A DNA stretch of 64,000 nt. It comes from a virus. Its lineage: Duplodnaviria > Caudoviricetes. The DNA lies in the IMG/VR virus record IMGVR_UViG_3300031555_004297. One strand, written 5' to 3'. The first letter of the stretch is position 1; each line of letters opens with the position of its first letter. Shown in pieces: positions 20,873 to 31,008 of this stretch. Below the pieces are notes generated by a model. That model was not told the DNA's origin. It made no database searches and was given only the letters and a program-made list of their open reading frames with translations. The translations under genes and the position numbers were made by a program.

Positions 20873-21760
20873 TTAGTTGTTGGGTACGATATATACGTTG
20901 ATATTGGTATTTGTGATTGCATAGCAAGAGTTGTGTGTAGGGCATGCTATATCAATTGTGCTAGTTCCAAGATAACCCCTATCTTCAACTACATAAAAGC
21001 CATAGCCTTCGATATAGAGGGTGGTTCCAAAAGGAATATTCTCAGGGGCTGCTACACTATACCCACAAATCATGCTTACGCCTGCTGCACCAGTTCCATC
21101 TGTGTTCTCGCAACAGTGCTCACAAGAAGGGGTATAACCTGTGATCTTATAAGATCCAAGTTTTGTGAAATTAGAGGTGTCTACTTTACCAGTATAATTC
21201 TTCATAATCTCATCGAGTTCAGGAACAGTAATATCTACTGCTGGATTAGAACGCTGGCCGTATCTATAAGAGGTCTTGGGGCCTGCTTTGATAGTTTTTC
21301 CAGCCATCTTTTTATTCCATGCTTCAATGTTTTCTGTATTCTCATTCTGGATAGTATCCATAAGAGCTACAAAAGAAGGATCATTTGCATCAGGAATTCT
21401 AAGAGTTTTACCGATATGAAGAATATCGGTTGTCTCCATATTATTAAATCTTGCAAGAGCTTTATAATACAAACCTGTATCATAAAATTTAACGCTGATA
21501 GACCAATAGTTATCGCCAGACTGAACAGTGTAAGACTTGGTTTCGTATGTAATTTCAGGCTGCTTAATGGTTGTGGGTGCTTCTGTTGCGATTATGGTAG
21601 AATTGTTATCGTTAGCATCATCGATATCAGCTTTTTGGCATCCAGATACAATAAGAGTGATAACAAGAACGATTGCAGCAATAGCTACAAGAACAAGTTC
21701 TCCAAAGATAACTTTGATAAGGGTTTCCTGTGTTTTTGTAAAGTTGTTGTGTGTACTCAT
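20873..21760 (-). CDS. membrane-anchored LysM + 3D-domain cell-wall protein
   Basis: N-terminal hydrophobic segment ending SGC; LysM YTVQSGDNYWSIS...LHIGKTLRIP; 3D domain VAAP..IPFGT.LYI....VVEDRG...IDI. Confidence 0.85.
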   Translation of the reverse strand: MSTHNNFTKTQETLIKVIFGELVLVAIAAIVLVITLIVSGCQKADIDDANDNNSTIIATEAPTTIKQPEITYETKSYTVQSGDNYWSISVKFYDTGLYYKALARFNNMETTDILHIGKTLRIPDANDPSFVALMDTIQNENTENIEAWNKKMAGKTIKAGPKTSYRYGQRSNPAVDITVPELDEIMKNYTGKVDTSNFTKLGSYKITGYTPSCEHCCENTDGTGAAGVSMICGYSVAAPENIPFGTTLYIEGYGFYVVEDRGYLGTSTIDIACPTHNSCYAITNTNINVYIVPNN

Positions 21761-21894
21761 TTTGGTTTCTCCTTAATTTTAGAAATAATAATTTTAATGG
21801 TAGTTTCGAATTTAAACTCGTATTAATTTAGGGGGTTGCTTGATACGTAATAAAAATATACCGACAGGGTCTTCTCTCCCTGTCGGTATATTAA

Positions 21895-22056
21895 TTACTT
21901 AGATTGCTTAGTCTTCTGAGGATCCTCAGGCTTATTCGGTGTCTGCGTGGGTTGGGGCTGCTGATTGAGCTCATTTTCTTTTACGGGCTGGAAGCCGAGA
22001 CCGTTACCTACTACAAATCCCTGCTCCTGGATTACTCCATAATTCTTGTTGCTCAT
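21895..22056 (-). CDS. small Q/P/K-rich hypothetical protein
   Basis: AAGGAGG before MSNKNY; AACA-N6-TA promoter at 22083-22094; terminator downstream. Confidence 0.7.
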   Translation of the reverse strand: MSNKNYGVIQEQGFVVGNGLGFQPVKENELNQQPQPTQTPNKPEDPQKTKQSK

Positions 22057-22259
22057 ATAGATAAATTCCTCCTTTCTATATTTAAATAAATGTTGATTTT
22101 TTGACCATTTACTATATGAATCATGATTATAATATATGGTCAAAGAAAGGAAGAATAACGGGGAACATCCCCGTTATTCTATGTGTCATTGAAAAGCGTT
22201 TAAAAATATATGTACGGCAGGAGGTGTACAAACAATTCCGAAAAGCTTTTATTATATGG

Positions 22260-22988
22260 TTATTCCGTTTCTCTTACTATCTTAGCTTGTTTGCCAGCAA
22301 TAGTCTTAGGAAGCATATAATCATGATTCAAAATATTTGTATTAAGAAGAGAAGAGATCATATAAGTATTTAAAGTATTCTTTGCAATAGAATCAACCTC
22401 ATCAATTGGAATATCGTCTTTAGATACTTTACCCATTGTAGAAATAGTCTGATATGCAATAGATTTTGCATTCATATAGTCTGCTCTCCAAGTCGAAAGC
22501 TCATCCATGGTCTTATCAAGACCCATGACGGCCAACGCTTCCATTTCACGGTCACTAGTCTTTCCACCTTTATCAAAGGATACGAGCAGGCCAGATTTCA
22601 TATCTCTATGGTCAATACTAGAAGGTGTAGAGTTCTTCTTTGTAATAAACTGTTTCATCTTCTTAATATGGATATAAATTACCATAGCTTCTTTAGACCA
22701 AACAGGATTGCCATTTTTATCTTTATAAAGGTAAGGAAGTGCTACTTTCTCAAGAAGCGGTACATTAAGCACTTTCAAAGCTTCTTCAATGTCATACATT
22801 TTAGGTTCAACAACAAAAGGTTTTGTATGAAATCTAAAAGGAAGATCCCTTTTACAAAATCTCATAAATTGCTCATCACTCATTTTAGCAAAGAGTGCTT
22901 TATAATAAGAAGAATTATATTCGTCTTTATCAAGCTTATCCATTACTGTATAGATAAGCTCTTCTGCCTTTTTACGTTGTGGTGTCAT
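22260..22988 (-). CDS. RNA polymerase beta extreme C-terminal fragment (probably a virion RNAP subunit)
   Basis: HIKKMKQFITKKNS...KGGKTSDREMEAL aligns with RpoB LKL.H.V..K.HAR...GGQRFGEMEVWAL. The same region is already present in 15483-17726. Confidence 0.7.
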   Translation of the reverse strand: MTPQRKKAEELIYTVMDKLDKDEYNSSYYKALFAKMSDEQFMRFCKRDLPFRFHTKPFVVEPKMYDIEEALKVLNVPLLEKVALPYLYKDKNGNPVWSKEAMVIYIHIKKMKQFITKKNSTPSSIDHRDMKSGLLVSFDKGGKTSDREMEALAVMGLDKTMDELSTWRADYMNAKSIAYQTISTMGKVSKDDIPIDEVDSIAKNTLNTYMISSLLNTNILNHDYMLPKTIAGKQAKIVRETE

Positions 22989-23062
22989 ATATGGTTATCC
23001 TCCATTTCCTATAAAGGATTTATCTATAATTATATTTATGTCCAAAGAAAAATGAAGTAAAT

Positions 23063-23424
23063 TAAAAAGAAAGACACGAGTAGGGCCCTACTCGTGTCTC
23101 CCTCATCAATGACATAAAACAAGAAAGTGTTTATATTAAATCATCAATGAGGATTATATATAAGAAAAGAAACCAATCATAAAATGAATGCGTAAGAGAG
23201 GTGATACGCAGCATGATAAAGGATAGCAGTTATAAAGTAAGAAGTATTAAATTCAGAGGAGATCTCTTAAAATAAATTATACTTTGATAAGGTGAGCCTG
23301 TTACATCGGCTAAAATGTAAAGATAATCTTATTTTGAAAAGATATCTTGAATAAAACCTTTTCTTCGCCGGAAAGGTGTAACTGTTAAATCCCTTAAAGA
23401 TTGAGGGATGATGTAGTTTCTTTT
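23063..23424 (-). ncRNA. candidate non-coding RNA with several anti-SD segments
   Basis: AACA-ATAATA-TA promoter at 23424-23435; hairpins; terminator AGACACGAGTAGGGCCCTACTCGTGTCT followed by a T-tract; no ORF. Confidence 0.45.
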
Positions 23425-23520
23425 ATATTATTGTTAAGAATAATATTGGAATTTTTATTTTTATAATATTTTACTATTTTATTATAATTATAGAAAAAGA
23501 AATCCTCCCGGATTTCTTTC

Positions 23521-23657
23521 CCGTAGTATGGTTTTCCCGTAGTATGGTTTTCCCGTAGTATGGTTTTTCCGTAGTATGGTTTTTCCGTAGTATGGTTTTT
23601 CCGTAGTATGGTTTTTCCGTAGTATGGTTTTTCCGTAGTATGGTTTTTCCGTAGTAT
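23521..23657. repeat. 16-bp tandem repeat CCGTAGTATGGTTTT(C/T), 8 full copies plus a partial ninth
   Basis: Units start at 23521, 23537, 23553, 23569, 23585, 23601, 23617, 23633 and 23649; flanks are very AT-rich. Confidence 0.97.
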
Positions 23658-23908
23658 AATTAATTAATAAGTAGTACTTCGTACCTTTAATTAGTAATTA
23701 GGAAATTAAAAAAAATATGAAATATTTTTGTAATAAAATAAAATCTTACGAACTTTAGAATAAAGCTGGTGGATGAAGGTGGAGAGGTGTGTCACGCTTC
23801 GCCTCTTTCTGGCATCTTGTCATATGGAAACTCCTTTTTTATATTTTTGACATGTACCTTAAAACACAACAAGAACCATAGTAGACAAAAGTCTACTATG
23901 GTTTCTTT

Positions 23909-25096
23909 TTATCTATTACAATTATGGATTGTAAGTGCAAAATACATACGAACAGCTCTTTCATATGCATTTCTTGTAGCAATACGAGAACGACGTCTCA
24001 TATAAGCAGTTCCGGATTCGCATAGCCAAGATTCAATAATCTCTTTCATACGAAGAATTTCTTTTTGCTTTGCATTAGGCTTAGGAGCAATTGTATAGGT
24101 AACAAACTTGATGTCTGAAACCTCTTTTTCTCCAGTAGCAAAATAAAGAGAAATCATAAGAGAAATGAGTTCTTTAATTGTATAAACATTCTCTTTACTT
24201 CCGATAATACTTTCAATTACAGCTTTAACCTCATTAGGAGTAATATCGGTTGTAGAGCAAAGCTTGCATGTACGATAATCAATGCCAGCAGAATTAATAT
24301 GATTTACAGTCTTTTCTGTAATTCTATCAATTCTAAGAGTATCATTATCGGCAAGATGAAAATCATCTGAATCATAAGAATCGGCAGAATATGCAATATA
24401 AAGATCCTTATCTTCATATGCTTCATAGTATTCAATAGCAATATTTTTAACAAAACTTCCTACACGGCTATGAAGCTGCTGAACAAGATAAACAATATCT
24501 TCATCTGCAAGATCTTTAAGTCTTTTATCATAAGTTTCGGCCCATGTAAGTCCAACCGATTTAATAGCACCAAGAACGCTTCCATAAGAAGTGAGATCAA
24601 ATTTCTTGGTAAGTCGATTATTGACGACATATTCCATTACATGTCTTACTGGTACTACTGTAGGATAAGATCTATAGTGGACCGAAGGATAGAACTTTCC
24701 TGAGAATGCTAGATGAATAATAGCAAGTTCTGTTTCTTTTTTCATCTTTGCTTCTGTAAAATATTTAATAATAAGGAGCTGAGTTATTGTAAATTCATGT
24801 TTTGCTGCTAGAGGATTAAAATTCTTAATTCCACCATAATATGTTGCAGCAATTGCTTCTGTAGCATCACTTTTCTTAATTTTCAAAACATCGAAAAGTT
24901 TATCCATTTCTGCTTCAGAACACAGCATTCTATCGCAGGGGATAGTATCATATAGTGCATCAGCTCTATTAGATATAAAATCATTAACGAGTTTTTTATA
25001 TGCGGTTTTTATATTTGGTTTGTCCATAGCAGACTTGACTATCGGCCAGAGTTTTGTTTTAATAGCCGATGTATTAGCATTATAAGTAATAGGCAT
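23909..25096 (-). CDS. hypothetical protein (possibly virion-associated)
   Basis: 395-aa ORF; GAGGTG site; AACA-TTTGAG-TA promoter at 25123-25134. Confidence 0.8.
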   Translation of the reverse strand: MPITYNANTSAIKTKLWPIVKSAMDKPNIKTAYKKLVNDFISNRADALYDTIPCDRMLCSEAEMDKLFDVLKIKKSDATEAIAATYYGGIKNFNPLAAKHEFTITQLLIIKYFTEAKMKKETELAIIHLAFSGKFYPSVHYRSYPTVVPVRHVMEYVVNNRLTKKFDLTSYGSVLGAIKSVGLTWAETYDKRLKDLADEDIVYLVQQLHSRVGSFVKNIAIEYYEAYEDKDLYIAYSADSYDSDDFHLADNDTLRIDRITEKTVNHINSAGIDYRTCKLCSTTDITPNEVKAVIESIIGSKENVYTIKELISLMISLYFATGEKEVSDIKFVTYTIAPKPNAKQKEILRMKEIIESWLCESGTAYMRRRSRIATRNAYERAVRMYFALTIHNCNR

Positions 25097-25149
25097 TTGG
25101 ACACCTCTCTTTTATATATTCTTACTCAAATGTTGAAAAAGAAAAAGCA

Positions 25150-25348
25150 TATAAGAAAAGAGGGGCCGAAGCCCCTCATATTCTTTGAGCCTTGAGTATC
25201 ATATTTAATATAAGACCTTTAAACTTCCGCAGTTTTAATAATCTTACAATTTAAACAAGGTACTCAAAGCTTTAAATTTCTTTGACAAGATATTATGGTA
25301 GATCTTGTCGATATATGAATGAAACTATTTGGGTTTCATTCATAATTA
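25150..25348 (-). ncRNA. candidate small structured RNA
   Basis: TATACTAT promoter-like site near 25349-25356; three stems; GAGGGGC-TTCG-GCCCCTC-TTTT terminator. Confidence 0.45.
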
Positions 25349-25433
25349 TAGTATATAACTCATAAATTTTAATTTTACAAAGAGCTCAATATATTAATAA
25401 AAAAAATAAATCTTATGAAAGGAGATTTAAGTC

Positions 25434-25595
25434 ATGGGATTTGGACCTAGAGAACCTGATCGTTATGATACAAACGACTCCGATGATCGTTCTTTTTCTG
25501 GATATGACAATGATGATGGAACGACTGACTGGTATGATGAAAATGGAGATTTAGATTCTACATCTGAAACTCCTTATGATGAAGATGATGACTAA
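25434..25595 (+). CDS. 53-aa highly acidic protein
   Basis: AAAGGAG site; MGFGPREPDRYDTNDSDDRSFSGYDNDDGTTDWYDENGDLDSTSETPYDEDDD; below the ORF-track cutoff. Confidence 0.75.
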   Translation: MGFGPREPDRYDTNDSDDRSFSGYDNDDGTTDWYDENGDLDSTSETPYDEDDD

Positions 25596-25611
25596 AAAAA
25601 AGGAAGAAGCT

Positions 25612-26214
25612 TTACGCTTCTTCCTTCTTTATTTCACTAAAGTCAAAATCCACTTCAAATTCTTTCATGACTTTATCAATAAATTCGAGATCTAAAGGAG
25701 TAAAGTACTTAGCCTTTTTCTCTCGATTATTCTTCCACCACTCATATGTACTTTCTTTAAAGTTCATACTCATGGCAACCCAGTCACAAATCATTTCAAT
25801 AAATGCTTCATTTGACATAGGAATTATTTTTTCTTTTCCGCCCATTTTAATGAGCCAGTATTCGGGATGATGTTTATTATGAGTATAATGATGTTCCCAA
25901 GCTTTTTCAAACTCTTCTTCAACATTATTATTCATTTGATCCTCATAATACGGATAAAATCTAGCTCTATAAGGCTCAAACTCTGCGTCAGAAAATTTGC
26001 TAGAATCATGACTAGCGATATTCTCTCTTACAGTATTGAAGCTAGCAATGTACTTGCTTTTCTTTTGGGCAGTACGACGACTCGTAACATAGTCGTACAA
26101 TTCTTCACCAAAAAGAGTAAATACTCTAGCTACATTTGAGATGTGATTCTCGATATACTCTGTATATTTTTTCTTAGAATCACTTAAGCTTTCGCACATT
26201 TCTTTGCGAGCCAT
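25612..26214 (-). CDS. HD-superfamily phosphohydrolase (DUF5662-like)
   Basis: H...HDSSK...HHYTHNKHHPEYW...EMICDW. Confidence 0.78.
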   Translation of the reverse strand: MARKEMCESLSDSKKKYTEYIENHISNVARVFTLFGEELYDYVTSRRTAQKKSKYIASFNTVRENIASHDSSKFSDAEFEPYRARFYPYYEDQMNNNVEEEFEKAWEHHYTHNKHHPEYWLIKMGGKEKIIPMSNEAFIEMICDWVAMSMNFKESTYEWWKNNREKKAKYFTPLDLEFIDKVMKEFEVDFDFSEIKKEEA

Positions 26215-26759
26215 TTTCTAATCCTCCAGAATAGTTTCTTCTTAAGTACTTTGATAGCAATATCTGCCTCTTTATCAGTGAGGCAAGTAGCGTCATCAGT
26301 TCCAACGATAAGAGATTCATCGTAATATTCTCTTAGATCGTCTACAAGATTATCGATAATAACGAACGTTTCAGCAGTCTCATTATTGCTTAGAAAATAA
26401 GAAATAAGAAGACCCTTATCTGTGCGATGCTTCGACAATTCTTCATCAGTATGAGCATGAATATTATGCTTGATAAGAATTGTGTTCACATCGTCTAGAC
26501 TGATATTCTTTCCAAAAGGAAGATATCCGTAGATTTCGATTCCTTCAGCTTCAAACATCTTTTCAAGATGCTTTTTAGTTGTAGGTAGGTTTCTCCATGA
26601 AGAGGTGATTACGATCTTGGCATCTGTCATTTCTACGAGTTTACGTAGAGATTCAGCTGCCTCCTTTTTAAGGGTAGTTTCTGGGTAGGTTCTCTTTGCA
26701 AGCCACATACCATCCTTGGCAACCATGACTCCATCGATATCCAAAAATACATACTTCAT
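26184..26759 (-). CDS. HAD-family phosphatase (Swiss Army Knife RNA-repair type HAD)
   Basis: FLDIDGV, IVITSSWR, FVIIDN. Confidence 0.8.
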   Translation of the reverse strand: MKYVFLDIDGVMVAKDGMWLAKRTYPETTLKKEAAESLRKLVEMTDAKIVITSSWRNLPTTKKHLEKMFEAEGIEIYGYLPFGKNISLDDVNTILIKHNIHAHTDEELSKHRTDKGLLISYFLSNNETAETFVIIDNLVDDLREYYDESLIVGTDDATCLTDKEADIAIKVLKKKLFWRIRKWLAKKCAKA

Positions 26760-26825
26760 TTGTCGTTTCTCCTTTATTTTTATTATAAAGGGAGCAAATA
26801 GAAGTACGTACTTGCTCCCTTATTT

Positions 26826-29198
26826 TTACTGATGCTTTTCGATATAACAGTGTAAGATTTTGTTACCACGCGTCGTGAGGACCTTGGTTCCGGTGCTTAT
26901 AGAACTACCGATTTCCAAATCTTCAATTTTCAGCGTCATATCACTATCAGTACACTTAATATGAATAATATCTTGTACATTACCGCTTACAACTCCAGCA
27001 ATGGAATCTCCAGACTTAAGCTTAATAAGATTCAATCCAGATTTTCCTTTACCTGTATTCGGTAATCCGGCCAAAATATTAATTCTATTGATATTGCCTG
27101 ACTCGGTTATTACTGCAATGTCCGTACAGTTATTATGAATTACGCAAACTCCATCTACATGATCAACACCACTGATAGCTTTAGAGCCCTTGGTATTTCT
27201 CTTAAGATAAGGAGCATCATTAACTCCTATAATTACTGCCTTTCTATCAGAATACACAACCAGCGCAAAATTACTATGAGCAATCACAATATCTTTAATA
27301 AAGTCACCATGATCGATCTTAGCATAAAGAATTCCAGAAGGTGGAACAGTTAAGAAGTCATCAAGGTCCATACGCTTAATAAGACCACTATTCGTAAGAG
27401 TAACAAGATAGTGTTTATTATTGTAGCAACCCGTATTAGCAAACTGCTTAAACACGCTTTCTGGAATAATAGTACGAATATTTGCAGTGAGTGCTTTCAC
27501 AAGGAACCTGATATCAATTCCATTACTATTACGATCAGTGAATGGAATAATATGAACAGGAAGTTTAAACACTTTACCCATCTCATCAAAGATAAGAATG
27601 CTATCCGTATTATCGATATGAATCATTGTTCTGATAGCATCATTCTTAAAGGATCCAAGGTTTGCATTTACAGGAACCTTCTTTATGAAGTTCTTCTCTG
27701 TAATTGCTATAACCATTTCTCCCTTAGGAATTTCAGATACTGTATCAGCACTAATGATCTCACAGTTTCTGGGTTTGCCATACTTCTGTTTAATTTCGAG
27801 AAGTTCCTGACGAATATCATTTTCGATAACTCTATCATCCATAATATGCGTCATAAGCTCTCTCTTAATACCCTCAAGCTCAATTGCTTCCTGCTTATAT
27901 TTAGCAAGATAACCCAAAGAAAGCTTCTTAAGGTCAGCCTCGATAATATATTTAGCCTGAAGGTCAGTAATCTTGAGTTTCTTTACAAGATACTCGATCA
28001 GCCCAGTATCATCAACAACTTTCTGTTTTCTGATAATATCGATAATTGTATCAATCTCACCAGATTCCAAAGCTTTGATATAGGCTTCTCTTTCATGAAT
28101 CTTTGTTTGTACTCCTTGGAGTCTGTTCGAATAGACTCTAAACTTGGTCATCTTTCTAAAGTCAATAAAGCTCAAAAGATAAGACTTATATGACATTCTA
28201 AGAGGATTAAGTCCATTAAGAGTCTCGAAGTTTACTCTCAGGATTTGTTCAAGTCCAGTATTCTTATACAATACATCCTTTACATAGTTTGCATCAGATC
28301 CTGGCTTGAGAATAATTACATATCTCATTTCATTGACTGTTGATTCATCAAAGCAGTTTTCGATTTGTACAATCTTTTTCTTCTTGATGAGATCTTCAAT
28401 CTTATCTGTTACATTATTGAGATAGGTAAGATTAGGAACAGATTTGATTACAAGAGCCTTCTTATTCTTATAAGTCTCTTCTACAATCTTTCCTCTAATT
28501 TTATAATGACCAAAACCAGCCTTACAAATCTTAGAGAAATCTGTTTCAATAATTTCACAATTCATACAGTGGTCGGGAATTAATGTGATCTCTGCATTAG
28601 GGTTATCCATTAGCAAAAGAGTTGCATCGATGACTTCTGCAAGATTGTGAGTAGGGATTTCTGCTCTCATTCCAAGCCCAATACCAAAACTTCCATTAAT
28701 AAGAAGAAGCGGCACTTTAACAGGAAGATAATCGGGTTCTTTTGTTACTCCACTATAGGTAGGGCTCCAGTCTACTGCTTCATTGCTATCTATAAGATCG
28801 TCTAAGACATTTTCCATAGCAAATTTAGACAGACGACATTCTGTATAACGTGCTGCGGCTGCTTGGTCACCTTGGAAAGTTCCGAAGTTTCCACCCGGAT
28901 CAATCAAAGGCACATACGTTTCAAACCAGTTAGCCATAGGCTTCATTGTACCATAAATTGCTGCATCACCATGTGGATGGTACAGTTTCATAACATCGCC
29001 GACAACAGCTGCCGACTTAACTCTTTGTCCTACAGCTTTAGTATTCTTAAACATGGCCCAGATAATACGTCTCTGAACTGGTTTAAGACCGTCTCTGTAG
29101 TCTGAAAGAACTCGTCTATATAAGATATAGATACCATATCTAGTATAGTCGCTTTTGAACTGTGTATTAGAAGCTACTTCTAATATTTTTTCAGCCAT
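26826..29198 (-). CDS. gyrA: type IIA topoisomerase subunit A (GyrA/ParC-like)
   Basis: DGLKPVQRR, YHPHGD, catalytic AAARYTE, IPTHNL, C-terminal beta-pinwheel repeats. Confidence 0.93.
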   Translation of the reverse strand: MAEKILEVASNTQFKSDYTRYGIYILYRRVLSDYRDGLKPVQRRIIWAMFKNTKAVGQRVKSAAVVGDVMKLYHPHGDAAIYGTMKPMANWFETYVPLIDPGGNFGTFQGDQAAAARYTECRLSKFAMENVLDDLIDSNEAVDWSPTYSGVTKEPDYLPVKVPLLLINGSFGIGLGMRAEIPTHNLAEVIDATLLLMDNPNAEITLIPDHCMNCEIIETDFSKICKAGFGHYKIRGKIVEETYKNKKALVIKSVPNLTYLNNVTDKIEDLIKKKKIVQIENCFDESTVNEMRYVIILKPGSDANYVKDVLYKNTGLEQILRVNFETLNGLNPLRMSYKSYLLSFIDFRKMTKFRVYSNRLQGVQTKIHEREAYIKALESGEIDTIIDIIRKQKVVDDTGLIEYLVKKLKITDLQAKYIIEADLKKLSLGYLAKYKQEAIELEGIKRELMTHIMDDRVIENDIRQELLEIKQKYGKPRNCEIISADTVSEIPKGEMVIAITEKNFIKKVPVNANLGSFKNDAIRTMIHIDNTDSILIFDEMGKVFKLPVHIIPFTDRNSNGIDIRFLVKALTANIRTIIPESVFKQFANTGCYNNKHYLVTLTNSGLIKRMDLDDFLTVPPSGILYAKIDHGDFIKDIVIAHSNFALVVYSDRKAVIIGVNDAPYLKRNTKGSKAISGVDHVDGVCVIHNNCTDIAVITESGNINRINILAGLPNTGKGKSGLNLIKLKSGDSIAGVVSGNVQDIIHIKCTDSDMTLKIEDLEIGSSISTGTKVLTTRGNKILHCYIEKHQ

Positions 29199-29305
29199 AT
29201 TAAAATAAACCTCCTAGTTACATTTTATTTTCATCTTTATAATATATGATTCAAATAAAATATATGATGAGCCTAAACGACTCATCATATATTCATATGT
29301 AACCG

Positions 29306-29752
29306 TTAGGCTTCCATTGCAGGAATGATATCGAAACTGAGGATAGAATCAACATTTCCATCGCGATTAAGACGAACGCGAGGAACTACAACCATATCAT
29401 CAACGATATTAGCGAACTCGGTATTCTTTCCAATGAATACAAGCTCCATATTACCAGTAGCTACGTCATAAGACTTAATACGTGCTACGTTGATCTGGCC
29501 CTTAAGATCTGCATTATTAAAGCAGATGCTCTTAGCCATAGAAGCGCTGATAGAAAGAATGTCAAAGATCGTGCAATTCTGAATATGCTCAACTCTCTCG
29601 TTAACCTGAGCAGGATCATACTCATTACCGCGAGCATCTCTACCGGTTACTACGAGAGGAAGAACCTTCGTAACGGGAATAATGCGAGGAGTTGCAGACT
29701 TATTGTTTGCATTTCTTGCATTGCTGTTCTTATTGTTGGTGTACTTTGCCAT
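29306..29752 (-). CDS. hypothetical protein
   Basis: 148 aa; AAGGAG; AACT-N6-TA promoter at 29831-29842. Confidence 0.78.
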   Translation of the reverse strand: MAKYTNNKNSNARNANNKSATPRIIPVTKVLPLVVTGRDARGNEYDPAQVNERVEHIQNCTIFDILSISASMAKSICFNNADLKGQINVARIKSYDVATGNMELVFIGKNTEFANIVDDMVVVPRVRLNRDGNVDSILSFDIIPAMEA

Positions 29753-29915
29753 GATGGTTATTCTCCTTTTATTTTAATTTTAGTAGGCTCTAAGTAAGCG
29801 ACCAAATGTATGTTCTGGCCGTATTACGTTTATTTTGAAGTTAAGATATTAATAAATTATTAAAAAATAAAAGCTGGGCGAACCAGCTTTTATTTTAAAT
29901 TTGGATATTATAGAA

Positions 29916-30212
29916 TTATTCGTCATAAATTGCTAAAATTAATCCTATATCGGAGCGCATCTTCAACCCGATATCCGGATTTTGATTATTAATAATCAAA
30001 TCATGAATAAGAGAATTGAGAAGATTTCTAACGGAATTGAAAAATTGATACTCAGAACCGATAGCTGTATCGGCAGATTGTCTAACAGGGACCCCTATAC
30101 TTTCAATCTTATCCAATACGATTCCTCTTGCATCGATGTTGTAAAGTTCTTCTTTGTTTTCATCGATAATCTTGGAAAGCTCTTTTAAAGATGTAATGAT
30201 TTCTGTTTTCAT
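29916..30212 (-). CDS. hypothetical protein
   Basis: 98 aa; GGAGG upstream. Confidence 0.68.
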   Translation of the reverse strand: MKTEIITSLKELSKIIDENKEELYNIDARGIVLDKIESIGVPVRQSADTAIGSEYQFFNSVRNLLNSLIHDLIINNQNPDIGLKMRSDIGLILAIYDE

Positions 30213-30214
30213 TT

Positions 30215-30931
30215 TTATTTATCCTCCGTATTGTATTCTGGTTCTATCGAGAGACGCCTTTCGATAATCGATCTAAGCTTGATTACTAAGCTCATTGCTT
30301 GATTAAAATAATCCAACTCTTCTATCTGGAACATTATATTTGCTCTTAAGAAGAAGTCGAGAGCGTGAAGAATATTGTAATCAAGATCTTTTAGAGTCTT
30401 AATATAGACATGGCTCTGATTATTATCTTTTTGCTCATTAAGCTCTCTCTGTACATATTCGAGAATCTCCATGAGTTTATTAATAACTGCATATCTGCTA
30501 CAGATATCATCTTTCTTTACATCCTTAGTGATAAGAATGAGATCTGTGATATGAGAGTTAATTGCCTTTCTAGCTATATACCTTCTTCTGGCTTCTTCAT
30601 TCGAGATTGTATAATCCTCAAGGATTTCAAGGCATTGATCAATGATAGGCTTACACGTATAGATCAACATTGTAATCTTATCATGAGCATGCTCGATAAC
30701 TCTTACGCATTCTTCAAGAGATACCATAATCATTGTAAGAAGAACGCAAGTATCCCCATTCTTGGGCTCAGATATATTCTTGCCCACATCGATTTCGATT
30801 TTATATTTTATATTTATAATCTTTGCAAAGGTATTTGTAAGTGTATCCTCATCTTTAATACGACTGAACTCGAGACAAGATATATTGTTCGAGATTATTT
30901 TAAGAGACTTTTTGTATTCGATAAGTTCCAT
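30215..30931 (-). CDS. hypothetical helical protein
   Basis: Likely start MELIE after AAAGGA; the longer start lies across a terminator hairpin. Confidence 0.68.
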   Translation of the reverse strand: MELIEYKKSLKIISNNISCLEFSRIKDEDTLTNTFAKIINIKYKIEIDVGKNISEPKNGDTCVLLTMIMVSLEECVRVIEHAHDKITMLIYTCKPIIDQCLEILEDYTISNEEARRRYIARKAINSHITDLILITKDVKKDDICSRYAVINKLMEILEYVQRELNEQKDNNQSHVYIKTLKDLDYNILHALDFFLRANIMFQIEELDYFNQAMSLVIKLRSIIERRLSIEPEYNTEDK

Positions 30932-31008
30932 TTTTATATTTCCTTTCTGTTTAAAATAAAATTGAACCCTCGGAGAATATTTCCTCCGAGGGTTGTTTAT
31001 CTTTATCA

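Noticed and set aside
20846-21826. Long antisense ORFs (also 3579-4121, 27411-28193, 36072-36929, 48686-49441, 56169-56978)
   Set aside because: Shadow frames of well-supported genes, with no ribosome-binding sites or recognisable motifs.
23521-23657. Tandem repeat as a CRISPR array
   Set aside because: Units are contiguous 16-mers with no unique spacers.
23748-23826. 22-aa minus-strand mini-ORF (MTRCQKEAKR...) with AAGGAG
   Set aside because: It lies downstream of a terminator with no clear promoter, whereas the plus strand has both promoter and terminator. Treated as an anti-RBS sRNA candidate, though not excluded.
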